Positions 56,793 to 64,000 of a stretch of DNA of 64,000 nt are shown in pieces. A program made the translations under genes and the position numbers. Source of the stretch: Bacteroidota bacterium (GTDB taxonomy: Bacteria; Bacteroidota; Bacteroidia; Bacteroidales; UBA7960). Location of the stretch: NCBI GenBank assembly GCA_018335675.1, contig JAGXRQ010000095.1, forward strand, positions 16,046 to 80,045, in the 5' to 3' direction. Below the pieces are notes generated by a model, which was not told the DNA's origin, ran no database searches, and saw nothing but the letters and a program-made list of their open reading frames with translations. Position 1 is the stretch's first letter. Each line of letters starts with the position of its first letter.

Positions 56793-56921
56793 CATAGAGC
56801 TTTAAAACATATTAAAAATAGATGTTTTGAAGTGTTTTTTATCACAAGAAAAACACCAACAAACTTCTATGAAGTAGTTTGATTATGGTTATTTTATTTT
56901 TCCAATTATGTCAAAGAACTT
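56793..56921 (-). promoter_or_regulatory. putative CRISPR leader (cas2 stop to first repeat)
   Basis: 129-bp AT-rich non-coding stretch adjacent to the non-degenerate end of the array. No clean TAnnTTTG was found, so read-through from cas2 is possible. Confidence 0.5.
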
Positions 56922-57260
56922 TTAAAACAATTCCAGTTGAGCAGGTGCAGAACCCATTTCCTTTTCTTTTCTTCCAATAAAGTTTACAATATTACCATAT
57001 TGTTTATCTGTTATTGAAAGAATACTTACCTGCCCTTTTTCCGGCACAAATCGCCTAACTCTTTTTACATGCACTTCTGCCGATTCACGACTGGCACAAT
57101 GCCTTATATAAACCGAATATTGCATCATTGTAAAACCATCTTTTATCAGGTTTTTTCTAAAGCCTGTTGCAGCTTTGATTTGCTTTTTAGTGGTAACCGG
57201 TAAATCAAAAAACACAAATAACCACATTATATGATACGCATTTAGCCTTAACTGCTCCAT
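56922..57260 (-). CDS. cas2: CRISPR-associated endoribonuclease Cas2
   Basis: 112 aa. MWLFVFFDLPVTTKKQ...MQYSVYIRH is the typical Cas2 ferredoxin-like N-terminus. It lies 6 nt downstream of cas1. Confidence 0.9.
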   Translation of the reverse strand: MEQLRLNAYHIMWLFVFFDLPVTTKKQIKAATGFRKNLIKDGFTMMQYSVYIRHCASRESAEVHVKRVRRFVPEKGQVSILSITDKQYGNIVNFIGRKEKEMGSAPAQLELF

Positions 57261-57266
57261 TTTACA

Positions 57267-58157
57267 TTATTGCAATAAAGGATATTTTATTTTTTTTGTT
57301 TCTCCGAAAAAGCACTTTACCAATGATGCTGTTGTATTTGATAACGCAATCATCAAAGGTCTTCTGTTTTTGTCTATAAATACATCATCTGCCAGAACTT
57401 TAAGCAACTCCGCTTTGGTTTCTTTATTAAGAAACTGGTCCTCCGGATTATTTTTGTATATATTATAAACCCTTGCATCAACAAATGGGCGGTACGGCTC
57501 CATTATGTCATCTGCAAGGCAATATGAATTATATTTATTACTGTGATGGATCCCCAATGCGGGCATCAAACCTGAACCAACCAAAGCTCTGGCAACGGCT
57601 GCTCTCAATATTATATAACCATAATTCAATAAATCATTGGGGTATTCTCCAAATCTCTCACGGTTAAAATCCTTACCAAACAACTTTCCCCAATACTCTC
57701 TTGCAGCAGCACCTTCACGATTTTCGGGATCACCTGATTTAACATCTTTTGCAAAACTTAATACAGTATTATGTTTAATCCCTAGCTTTTTTAATAAATA
57801 TGCCTGATTTGTGATTTTTGCCTCTACTGTTTGTTTCCAAAGGTTCTTTTTTAAAGGAATACCGGCTTCAATCTGTTGTCTAATCGTTTCATTCTGAGTA
57901 TTGTTTCCGTCAAGATTAAGCAACATTGACTGTGGGTGGTGCTTTGAATTGCAAAACACAATAGCAGCATTATTACTCATTAAAGCCTCTATTAGTGACA
58001 TACTTAAACTTAGTCTCATATTTTCCAGAATCACAAAACCAATATCCTCTATCGGCACACTAACGATATCACCGTCTGCTTCAGGTGTTGCAATAAGTTG
58101 ATTATTTTGTAAATTCAACTTATATGGATTTGAGAAAAACAATGTGCGTTTTAGCAT
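57267..58157 (-). CDS. cas1: CRISPR-associated integrase Cas1 (type II)
   Basis: 296 aa. The catalytic region is GIHHSNKYNSYCLADDIMEPYRPFVD. It lies 11 nt downstream of cas9. Confidence 0.95.
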   Translation of the reverse strand: MLKRTLFFSNPYKLNLQNNQLIATPEADGDIVSVPIEDIGFVILENMRLSLSMSLIEALMSNNAAIVFCNSKHHPQSMLLNLDGNNTQNETIRQQIEAGIPLKKNLWKQTVEAKITNQAYLLKKLGIKHNTVLSFAKDVKSGDPENREGAAAREYWGKLFGKDFNRERFGEYPNDLLNYGYIILRAAVARALVGSGLMPALGIHHSNKYNSYCLADDIMEPYRPFVDARVYNIYKNNPEDQFLNKETKAELLKVLADDVFIDKNRRPLMIALSNTTASLVKCFFGETKKIKYPLLQ

Positions 58158-58168
58158 AAATTCATTAT

Positions 58169-61100
58169 TTATAATTGAATTATTTTACCCAATGCTGTTA
58201 TTTTAAAATCAAAGCCCTCAACTATTGTATTAAACTGGTTGTGATTTAATTTTCGCTGAGGTTTATGTTCTTCATCAATGCAAAAGGCACCATCTTGAAC
58301 CTTTAAATCAGATGCTTGTGTGGCTTCTTGGTGAAACCTTAAAACTATTGTTGCATATTCGCCAATTTTTCCAGATGGTCTTATTATACGTTGATTACTT
58401 AATCCAATAATCTTATAAAGCCTCTTCTTAATTTCAGAATGTTCTAAGTCCCAGACTTCTTCCGGTGATTTTTCCCAAAGAATAACGAGTGTTCCTATTT
58501 TAATAATAGATTTTAAAGGTAATTCCAGCTTTCCATTATTTTTTGCCTTCGGTATTAAGCCATAATAACCTTCGATGTTTTGAGCTTTCAATTCTTTCTG
58601 AACTGAGTATTTAAAAAACTCTGCCGCTTCAAGGTTTGATTTCAATTCAAAATCTCTTTTTATGTTACCATTTTCATCTTTGCCTTCATATATGGCCATC
58701 ATATAGTTACTGTCATTTGCAACATGAAAATACTCCTTATACGGCTTTGGATTTATTAATGCTTTGTCTCTTTGCTTTTTAAGATGTATTGGGTTTGTAA
58801 CCGACGGGGTATAGATTCTAACTTTTTTTATTGGAATAGGCTCTCCGTTTTTATTTGGAAGTGAATATATCTTTTGTATTTCTTTCTCAAGGTTCTCGAT
58901 TTCACTTTTTAAAATAGATTCTTCACTTTCTTCGGCTTTGCTCAACTTCTTTTTCAAATTATCAATTTCGCTTCTAAGAATCTTTTCTTTTTTACGCCCA
59001 TCTTCAACAATTTGTCTAACTCTCTCATCAACAATATTTTTTATGTTTGAATCTTCAAAATTGTTATCCAGAGCCTTTCTAACTACATATTTAATCTGTT
59101 TTTCAATTTCACCATTTTTATTAACTATCTCTTTTTCAATAGCTCCGTAGAAAGTATCTTTATGCAGGCTTCCTCTTACGGAATCTCCCTTTTGGTATAT
59201 GGCATTACCATTTTTATCTTTTACAACTCTACCTCTTTTTCTGAGTTTTTTCTTACTTTGCTTTGGTAAAACATCAGGAGTGTAGTGTGAAATTAAAACC
59301 TCATCTTCAAGTCTCTTCAAGTCTTCCGTGAAAGTATTCCAAGGCTTTGGAGTATTAAACTTGTATTTCGTGTCATTTATAAAGCTATCATCTCTGTCAT
59401 GATAATATTTTGCAAGGTTTTCATAGTTTTCTTTAGTCATGCATGCAATTACAACGGCGTCAATACAATGATGCACGTGATTAACTCTTTCTTTTTTCTC
59501 ATAATCATTCTGCAAACCCCACATTTTCCTAAAATCTGCAACAGTATTACCCTTAACAGTATATACTTTGTCAAATACAGTTTTCATGTATAAACGCCCA
59601 TATTTTGCAATTATGCCCATATCAACCAATTGACTGTTTTTGAATCCTTGGGGCACATCTATCATAAAAAAGCGACTCAATTTATTTCTGTAATAATCCC
59701 TCTCAAAGCATAGTCTGTGTCTTTTTTGTATTGCTCTATCTTTGCTATCTTTTTCAGCAGCTCCCTTGGATGCCCTTATAGCAGCCTGCACTTGTTTATC
59801 TAGTTCTTCTATCTTTGCAAGCCAAAGTCTTTCAACCCTTTCTTTTATTTCATCATAGTTAGAAATTTCAGATGGTAAATTATTCTTCTTGATAGAGCGG
59901 TTAAACCTGTTGTTGCACAACGTTTTATTTTCCTGAGAGTTATCAAAAGAAAGGCTTCTGGGGATGGTATGTTCTATATCATATTGAGGATTTGAACCAA
60001 GAAATTCACTTAAAGCAATTTCCTCTCCTGTATAAATACATTTATGCCCTTGTTCCTCCCAAAGCTGATATTTTAAAACATCGTCCTCACTTGGTTGAGT
60101 AGTCATTCCCTGAGCCTTATAATGCTCAAGAATACTTTCATAATATTTTTTTCTTATAGTTTCTCTATCTCTTTGCCAAGTTTGCAAAGCTTTCCTTTCA
60201 TTAGCATTAAGTAAGCCACGGGACATTTCAATGTTCACCTTAGTGTTCTCATCAATTATTTCATTATTTATCAACTCGTTGATTACTTTTCTTAGTTGAT
60301 GTAATGCCCTCATTGCCATCGGATTTCTAATTGAGGAGATTAGCGGACTTCCTAGATACTTCTTCCCATTGTCATCTTTTTTAGCCGGCTTATACACTTC
60401 AATAGCAGAAGGGTGATAAATATTATCCAGTTTTTTAATATCTGCCTTGTAATTATTTAATAAGAAATCTTTTACTCTTTCATCAATGGTTTGAATCTTT
60501 AAAAAGTCGCCACGACCTAAATTCTTTATCATTTGGGTTTTAAGCTGACTTAATGCTCTGCTCTCTATTCTTTTCTTAATTTCATCAGGAAAAGAATTAT
60601 ACGTTTTCTCCCCAAAATAGGATAATAATCCTTTTACTAAATCATTATGATAATAACTAATTGATTCATCACTCCAGCACTCTCCATTCTCTCTGCAATT
60701 CTTGATTATTCCATTAATAATTTCAATAATTGCTTTTTCCTCATTTTGTGTTTCAATGATATTTATTATCTCACCATTAATTTTGTTTCTTTTTATCTCA
60801 TCAGTCCATATTTCTTGTGGCAAGGCATTAGACATATTAGCTAAAACAACAGCGTGGGAATAAATAAGCCCACTTCTTAGATAAGGTAGTATATTCTTTA
60901 GCGCCTTTAAACTTAGTGAAGCAAATTCATTTTTTAATTTAATTCTGGAAAATTCAGCAATTTGTTCATCATCTAGTTTTAGTTTATTTTTTGCAAATTC
61001 AACCAATTTTTCATCATTATTAAAAGTCATCAACACATGCCAAACATCGTCAATATTTATCATTGATGTTTTTCCATCTTTTTTTCTAACATGTTCAATA

Positions 61101-62218
61101 TGCCAATTTAAAAAATCATCACCAAAAATGCTTTTAAATCTTGCTGATACAGGGTTGCCACTAACTGTAGTGTTCATTTGGTAATTAAATATATAGTCTT
61201 CAGCTTTTTTGTCCCTGTCCTTAAAATACTTGTATCTGTTTTTGGGGGCTAATGCTTTCGCAATATCTTCAAATGGAAAATGATCTTTTTTAAGGTAGAA
61301 TTTTTCAATTACTTTTTTTCGTTCTTCCTCATTTAGTGGTCTAAGTTTTTCATCTTCAGGGGTTTGTATTCGAATATTATTCACAAAGCATAACATTCTG
61401 TATTCTTCAAATAAAGGATGAGAAACAGAGCACCTTTGTTTATTCTTTTCAAAAACACACATTCCAATTAATCCTTTTTGTGACTTCAACGGTCTTTGGA
61501 AAAAAATAGCTTTATAAATCTTGTTCTTAAAATCATCTGAAAGCTCTTGAACTTCACAAATTTTATCAAACTCCTCTAAATAATGTTCTTCTCTATGAGT
61601 ATATTGATCGCGGATTTTCTCCCCTTTTAAATACTTTTCATAAAAAAATTGCCCAAGGGTTTTCTCTCCTTTTGCAATATTTATTTCCTCAATATTCTTT
61701 TTTACAGCACCATCAGATTCTTTAGTTCCTTCAAGTCTATTGCTTAAAAAACCTCTTCTTTGTGCTATATGATATAATGCCCTACCTATTATGAATCTGT
61801 TATTCTCAACATTTTGGTCAAGCTTCTCCGTTGCACAAATACTCCTGAAATAATAAGGATTACGATTTGACATTTCATCTGTTTTCCACCAAGCATGAAA
61901 CAATTCATTAGTTGGGTAAACTTTTTTGTAGCGCCAATTAAAAAGATCTTCTTCACTGATTTTTGGGCAAAATCCATATTCTGTTAATACTTTAAGAGTT
62001 TCTATTTTCCTCAGCTTTCTTCTGAATTTCAGCCTTCTGGCACTTCTATATTTTGTTCTTTCAGCTGCCTTGGAGTTTTCAATACCTTTCTCAATTTTTA
62101 CTCCCTCTTGAAATATTCTTACTCCTTTTTCAATAAGTTTAAAACTTTCTTTATCTTTTTCAACCACAGCCCATCCGATGCTGTTAGTTCCGAGGTCAAG
62201 TCCCAAAATTTTCGTCAT
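58169..62218 (-). CDS. cas9: Cas9 (type II-C context), 1349 aa
   Basis: RuvC-I ILGLDLGTNSIGWAV (D8), an Arg-rich bridge helix (aa ~52-72), RuvC-II NIEMSR (E664), HNH YDIEHTIPRS...NNRFNRSIKKN (H750, codon 59971-59969 checked) and RuvC-III NHVHHCIDA (H917 and D920, codons checked). No csn2 or cas4 in the locus. Confidence 0.95.
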   Translation of the reverse strand: MTKILGLDLGTNSIGWAVVEKDKESFKLIEKGVRIFQEGVKIEKGIENSKAAERTKYRSARRLKFRRKLRKIETLKVLTEYGFCPKISEEDLFNWRYKKVYPTNELFHAWWKTDEMSNRNPYYFRSICATEKLDQNVENNRFIIGRALYHIAQRRGFLSNRLEGTKESDGAVKKNIEEINIAKGEKTLGQFFYEKYLKGEKIRDQYTHREEHYLEEFDKICEVQELSDDFKNKIYKAIFFQRPLKSQKGLIGMCVFEKNKQRCSVSHPLFEEYRMLCFVNNIRIQTPEDEKLRPLNEEERKKVIEKFYLKKDHFPFEDIAKALAPKNRYKYFKDRDKKAEDYIFNYQMNTTVSGNPVSARFKSIFGDDFLNWHIEHVRKKDGKTSMINIDDVWHVLMTFNNDEKLVEFAKNKLKLDDEQIAEFSRIKLKNEFASLSLKALKNILPYLRSGLIYSHAVVLANMSNALPQEIWTDEIKRNKINGEIINIIETQNEEKAIIEIINGIIKNCRENGECWSDESISYYHNDLVKGLLSYFGEKTYNSFPDEIKKRIESRALSQLKTQMIKNLGRGDFLKIQTIDERVKDFLLNNYKADIKKLDNIYHPSAIEVYKPAKKDDNGKKYLGSPLISSIRNPMAMRALHQLRKVINELINNEIIDENTKVNIEMSRGLLNANERKALQTWQRDRETIRKKYYESILEHYKAQGMTTQPSEDDVLKYQLWEEQGHKCIYTGEEIALSEFLGSNPQYDIEHTIPRSLSFDNSQENKTLCNNRFNRSIKKNNLPSEISNYDEIKERVERLWLAKIEELDKQVQAAIRASKGAAEKDSKDRAIQKRHRLCFERDYYRNKLSRFFMIDVPQGFKNSQLVDMGIIAKYGRLYMKTVFDKVYTVKGNTVADFRKMWGLQNDYEKKERVNHVHHCIDAVVIACMTKENYENLAKYYHDRDDSFINDTKYKFNTPKPWNTFTEDLKRLEDEVLISHYTPDVLPKQSKKKLRKRGRVVKDKNGNAIYQKGDSVRGSLHKDTFYGAIEKEIVNKNGEIEKQIKYVVRKALDNNFEDSNIKNIVDERVRQIVEDGRKKEKILRSEIDNLKKKLSKAEESEESILKSEIENLEKEIQKIYSLPNKNGEPIPIKKVRIYTPSVTNPIHLKKQRDKALINPKPYKEYFHVANDSNYMMAIYEGKDENGNIKRDFELKSNLEAAEFFKYSVQKELKAQNIEGYYGLIPKAKNNGKLELPLKSIIKIGTLVILWEKSPEEVWDLEHSEIKKRLYKIIGLSNQRIIRPSGKIGEYATIVLRFHQEATQASDLKVQDGAFCIDEEHKPQRKLNHNQFNTIVEGFDFKITALGKIIQL

Positions 62219-62264
62219 AGCTAAATGTTTTTATAGTAAATTATGTTTATTTGAATTAGTTCTA

Positions 62265-62272
62265 TATCTTTG
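62265..62272 (+). promoter_or_regulatory. candidate -7 promoter element for tracrRNA
   Basis: TATCTTTG (TAnnTTTG) lies ~12 nt upstream of the anti-repeat, on the strand opposite cas9 and 47 nt from the cas9 ATG. Confidence 0.5.
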
Positions 62273-62276
62273 CAAC

Positions 62277-62368
62277 AAGATATAAAATTCCATTTTAAAT
62301 CTTATCACAATAAGGCTATATGCCGAAGGATTTTTATCCTATACTCCCGCTTCGGTGGGAGTTTTTTA
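62277..62368 (+). ncRNA. tracrRNA: tracrRNA (anti-repeat, nexus, hairpin, terminator hairpin)
   Basis: The anti-repeat at 62284-62311 (AAAAUUCCAUUUUAAAUCUUAUCACAAU) pairs with the minus-strand repeat transcript GUUGUGGUUUGAUUUAAAAAUGGAAU. It is followed by AAGGCUAUAUGCC (compare the SpCas9 nexus AAGGCUAGUCC), AGGAU-UUUU-AUCCU, and ACUCCCGC-UUCG-GUGGGAGU with U6. The 5' end is estimated from the promoter motif only. Confidence 0.8.
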
Positions 62369-62475
62369 TTTACGTGTAAATATAATTAATTTTTACAAAA
62401 TAAAATTCGTGTTTTCGTCTAAGTAATTTTTGTTATTTGTCTTCTAATAATTATGAAAAAATACTTTGCATAAAA

Positions 62476-62504
62476 ATTTAATCCTTAAAACTCGCCTTTT
62501 TTTT
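62476..62504 (+). repeat. right copy of the 29-bp direct repeat bracketing the CRISPR-Cas locus
   Basis: atttaatccTtaaaactcgcctttttttt. It is 28/29 identical to 55708-55736. Confidence 0.85.
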
Positions 62505-62625
62505 ATACCTTTTACCATTATCCCAAAACTCAAAACCCAAAACCTAAAACCCAAAACCCCAACCTAAAACCTAATCCCCAATCTTACCAATCTTACAAAT
62601 CTTCAATCTTACCAATCAAAAAAAA
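62505..62625. repeat. heptamer tandem array (CCCAAAA / CCTAAAA units changing stepwise into CAATCTT units)
   Basis: cccaaaa ctcaaaa cccaaaa cctaaaa cccaaaa ccccaa cctaaaa cctaatc cccaatc ttaccaatc ttacaaatc ttcaatc ttaccaatc. Confidence 0.9.
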
Positions 62626-62670
62626 ATGTAGTTTTGGAATCGGAATTATTATTCATTATACAATATTTAT

Positions 62671-64000
62671 ATGCAAAAAGACCAACAGTTATCTGCAGAT
62701 GTGGTTGTTATTGGAGGTGGTATAAGTGGGCTTACTGCGGCGGCGTTGCTTAATAATGTTGGCTTGAAAACCATTGTATTAGAACAAAGTGCTCAATCGG
62801 GTGGCTACCTCGCTAAGTATGTGAAGAATGGTTTTTCTTTCGATACATCTATACACTGGCTTAATCATTGCAACTCTGAAGGTGTTGTTAGTAAGGTATT
62901 TAATATTATTGGCAACGACTTTCCTGTTGCATCTACTCAGCATAGAATTAAGAGGTTTCTGGGCAAAAATTTCGATTATATTCTTACCAGCAATCCCGAC
63001 GATTTGAAAAATGATCTCATTAGAGATTTTCCTGAAGACAAGGATGGCATTGAGAAATTTTTTCATGCTGCAAAAAAAATGACTCCTTTATTTAAACGTT
63101 TTCATGAGTATTACAGAACTAGTGATACAATGAATCAGTTTGAGAAAATCAAGTACAATCTTACGAGACTTAAATTTGCATTGCCTTTTATAAAGTTTAT
63201 AAAATACTCGGGTAAGAAAGGAAAGATCAAGGGGCTAAACAGATACTTCAAATCTCCGGTTTTTCATGAGATTTTCTCCAACGAGCCGGATCTGCTTTCA
63301 TGCCTTATCCCTATTGCATGGGCGTATAATAAAGATTTCCAAAATCCTCCGGAAGATGGCAGTCAATCATATCCCAAATGGCTTGAGAAAAAGACTCATG
63401 AGCTTGGCGGTCAAATAATTAACAATGCAAAAGCTAAAAAAATTACTCACAAAAATGGCAGATGCAATTCAGTAATATTTGAACAAAAAAAGCAGAAACA
63501 TGAAATTCTTTGCTCGAATGTTATTGCAGCCTGCGATATTATTTCTCTTTATGAAGATATAATGCCTGAGGAATACAGTCCGAAAAAAATGCTGAAAAAG
63601 CTTAAATCTGCCGAACTATACAGCTCTGCAATAGTTGTTAATATATCTCTTGATTGTCCGGCCGAAAAATTCGGACTTAATGAGGAGCTTATAATGTTCA
63701 ACAAATACGAACTTAAGCAGTCAAACCTTGATAATCCTGAAACACCAATCAGCCATCTGTCTGTTTTTTCTCAGTCGGCCAGAAATAAAGGATTGGCTCC
63801 TGAAGGTAAAGGTTCTCTTACTATTATTATGCCTACATCTTTTGAAAGTCACAACAGATGGGAAACAACCACACATGAAAATGGAAATATCGTAAGAGGA
63901 GATAATTATAAAAAGCTTAAACAAAAATATGCCGAAGTAATTATCGACAGGCTTGAGGAATTTTTGAAAAATGACATAAGAAAGCACATAATTGAATATA
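62671..64000 (+). CDS. FAD/NAD(P)-binding oxidoreductase, phytoene desaturase (CrtI/CrtD)-like family, 3'-truncated by window end
   Basis: Absent from the ORF track because no stop lies within the window. ATG at 62671, and I read 443 codons without a stop. The N-terminus is MQKDQQLSADVVVIGGGISGLTAAALL...VLEQ (Rossmann GxGxxG). Confidence 0.8.
   Translation, partial: MQKDQQLSADVVVIGGGISGLTAAALLNNVGLKTIVLEQSAQSGGYLAKYVKNGFSFDTSIHWLNHCNSEGVVSKVFNIIGNDFPVASTQHRIKRFLGKNFDYILTSNPDDLKNDLIRDFPEDKDGIEKFFHAAKKMTPLFKRFHEYYRTSDTMNQFEKIKYNLTRLKFALPFIKFIKYSGKKGKIKGLNRYFKSPVFHEIFSNEPDLLSCLIPIAWAYNKDFQNPPEDGSQSYPKWLEKKTHELGGQIINNAKAKKITHKNGRCNSVIFEQKKQKHEILCSNVIAACDIISLYEDIMPEEYSPKKMLKKLKSAELYSSAIVVNISLDCPAEKFGLNEELIMFNKYELKQSNLDNPETPISHLSVFSQSARNKGLAPEGKGSLTIIMPTSFESHNRWETTTHENGNIVRGDNYKKLKQKYAEVIIDRLEEFLKNDIRKHIIEY

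Noticed and set aside
56793-58168. Search for csn2 or cas4 (type II-A or II-B) or any extra cas gene between cas9 and the array
   Set aside because: The gaps are 11, 6 and 129 nt, and no ORF fits. The locus is therefore called II-C by gene content.
55708-62504. Calling the CRISPR-Cas cassette a mobile element
   Set aside because: Only the flanking 29-bp direct repeats support mobility. No transposase, integrase, tRNA attachment site or inverted terminal repeats are visible, so it is reported as a finding and not annotated as a mobile element.
62779-63987. Minus-strand track ORFs 62779..63066 and 63721..63987
   Set aside because: They are antisense to a continuous 443-codon plus-strand frame with a clear FAD-binding Rossmann N-terminus. 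That frame is missing from the track only because it has no stop within the window.

Overview
Low-GC chromosomal segment, most likely from a Bacteroidota bacterium. Supporting this are T9SS C-terminal sorting domains on giant secreted proteins, TAnnTTTG promoter motifs just upstream of several starts, a 288-aa primary sigma factor and little sign of Shine-Dalgarno sites. Most of the window is housekeeping: purB, an msbA-like ABC exporter, pyrD, rpoD, htrA, dapF, mltG, a phosphohexomutase, trkH, rarA, an M48 protease, floA-nfeD, plsY, prmA and tpiA. No rRNA or tRNA was seen. Three accessory patches stand out. (1) 18.5-21.4 kb is repeat-rich. It holds an MNT/HepT toxin-antitoxin pair whose HepT frame has no usable start (ATG TAT TAA) and an ORF6N gene whose conserved N-terminus lies upstream of its first ATG. 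About 290-bp composite hairpin repeats are present in three copies, plus a 175-bp imperfect palindrome. (2) 27.3-39.3 kb encodes three consecutive giant modular secreted enzymes: a PGRP-type peptidoglycan amidase, a Lys-C-like S1 endopeptidase and a subtilisin. They share shuffled FN3 and MAM-like modules and all carry a dockerin-like module. Two also carry an unassigned beta-rich module plus a T9SS sorting domain, while the third ends at the dockerin. (3) 55.8-62.4 kb is a complete type II-C CRISPR-Cas9 locus: cas9 (1349 aa), cas1, cas2, and 16 x 36-bp repeats with 15 spacers. A clearly readable divergent tracrRNA was missed by ORF-based views. The whole locus is bracketed by 28/29-identical direct repeats. 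Throughout the window, short intergenic spacers are filled with stepwise-mutating heptamer tandem arrays and small hairpin repeats. All calls come from reading the sequence and ORF translations. No database search was run, so domain boundaries are approximate.
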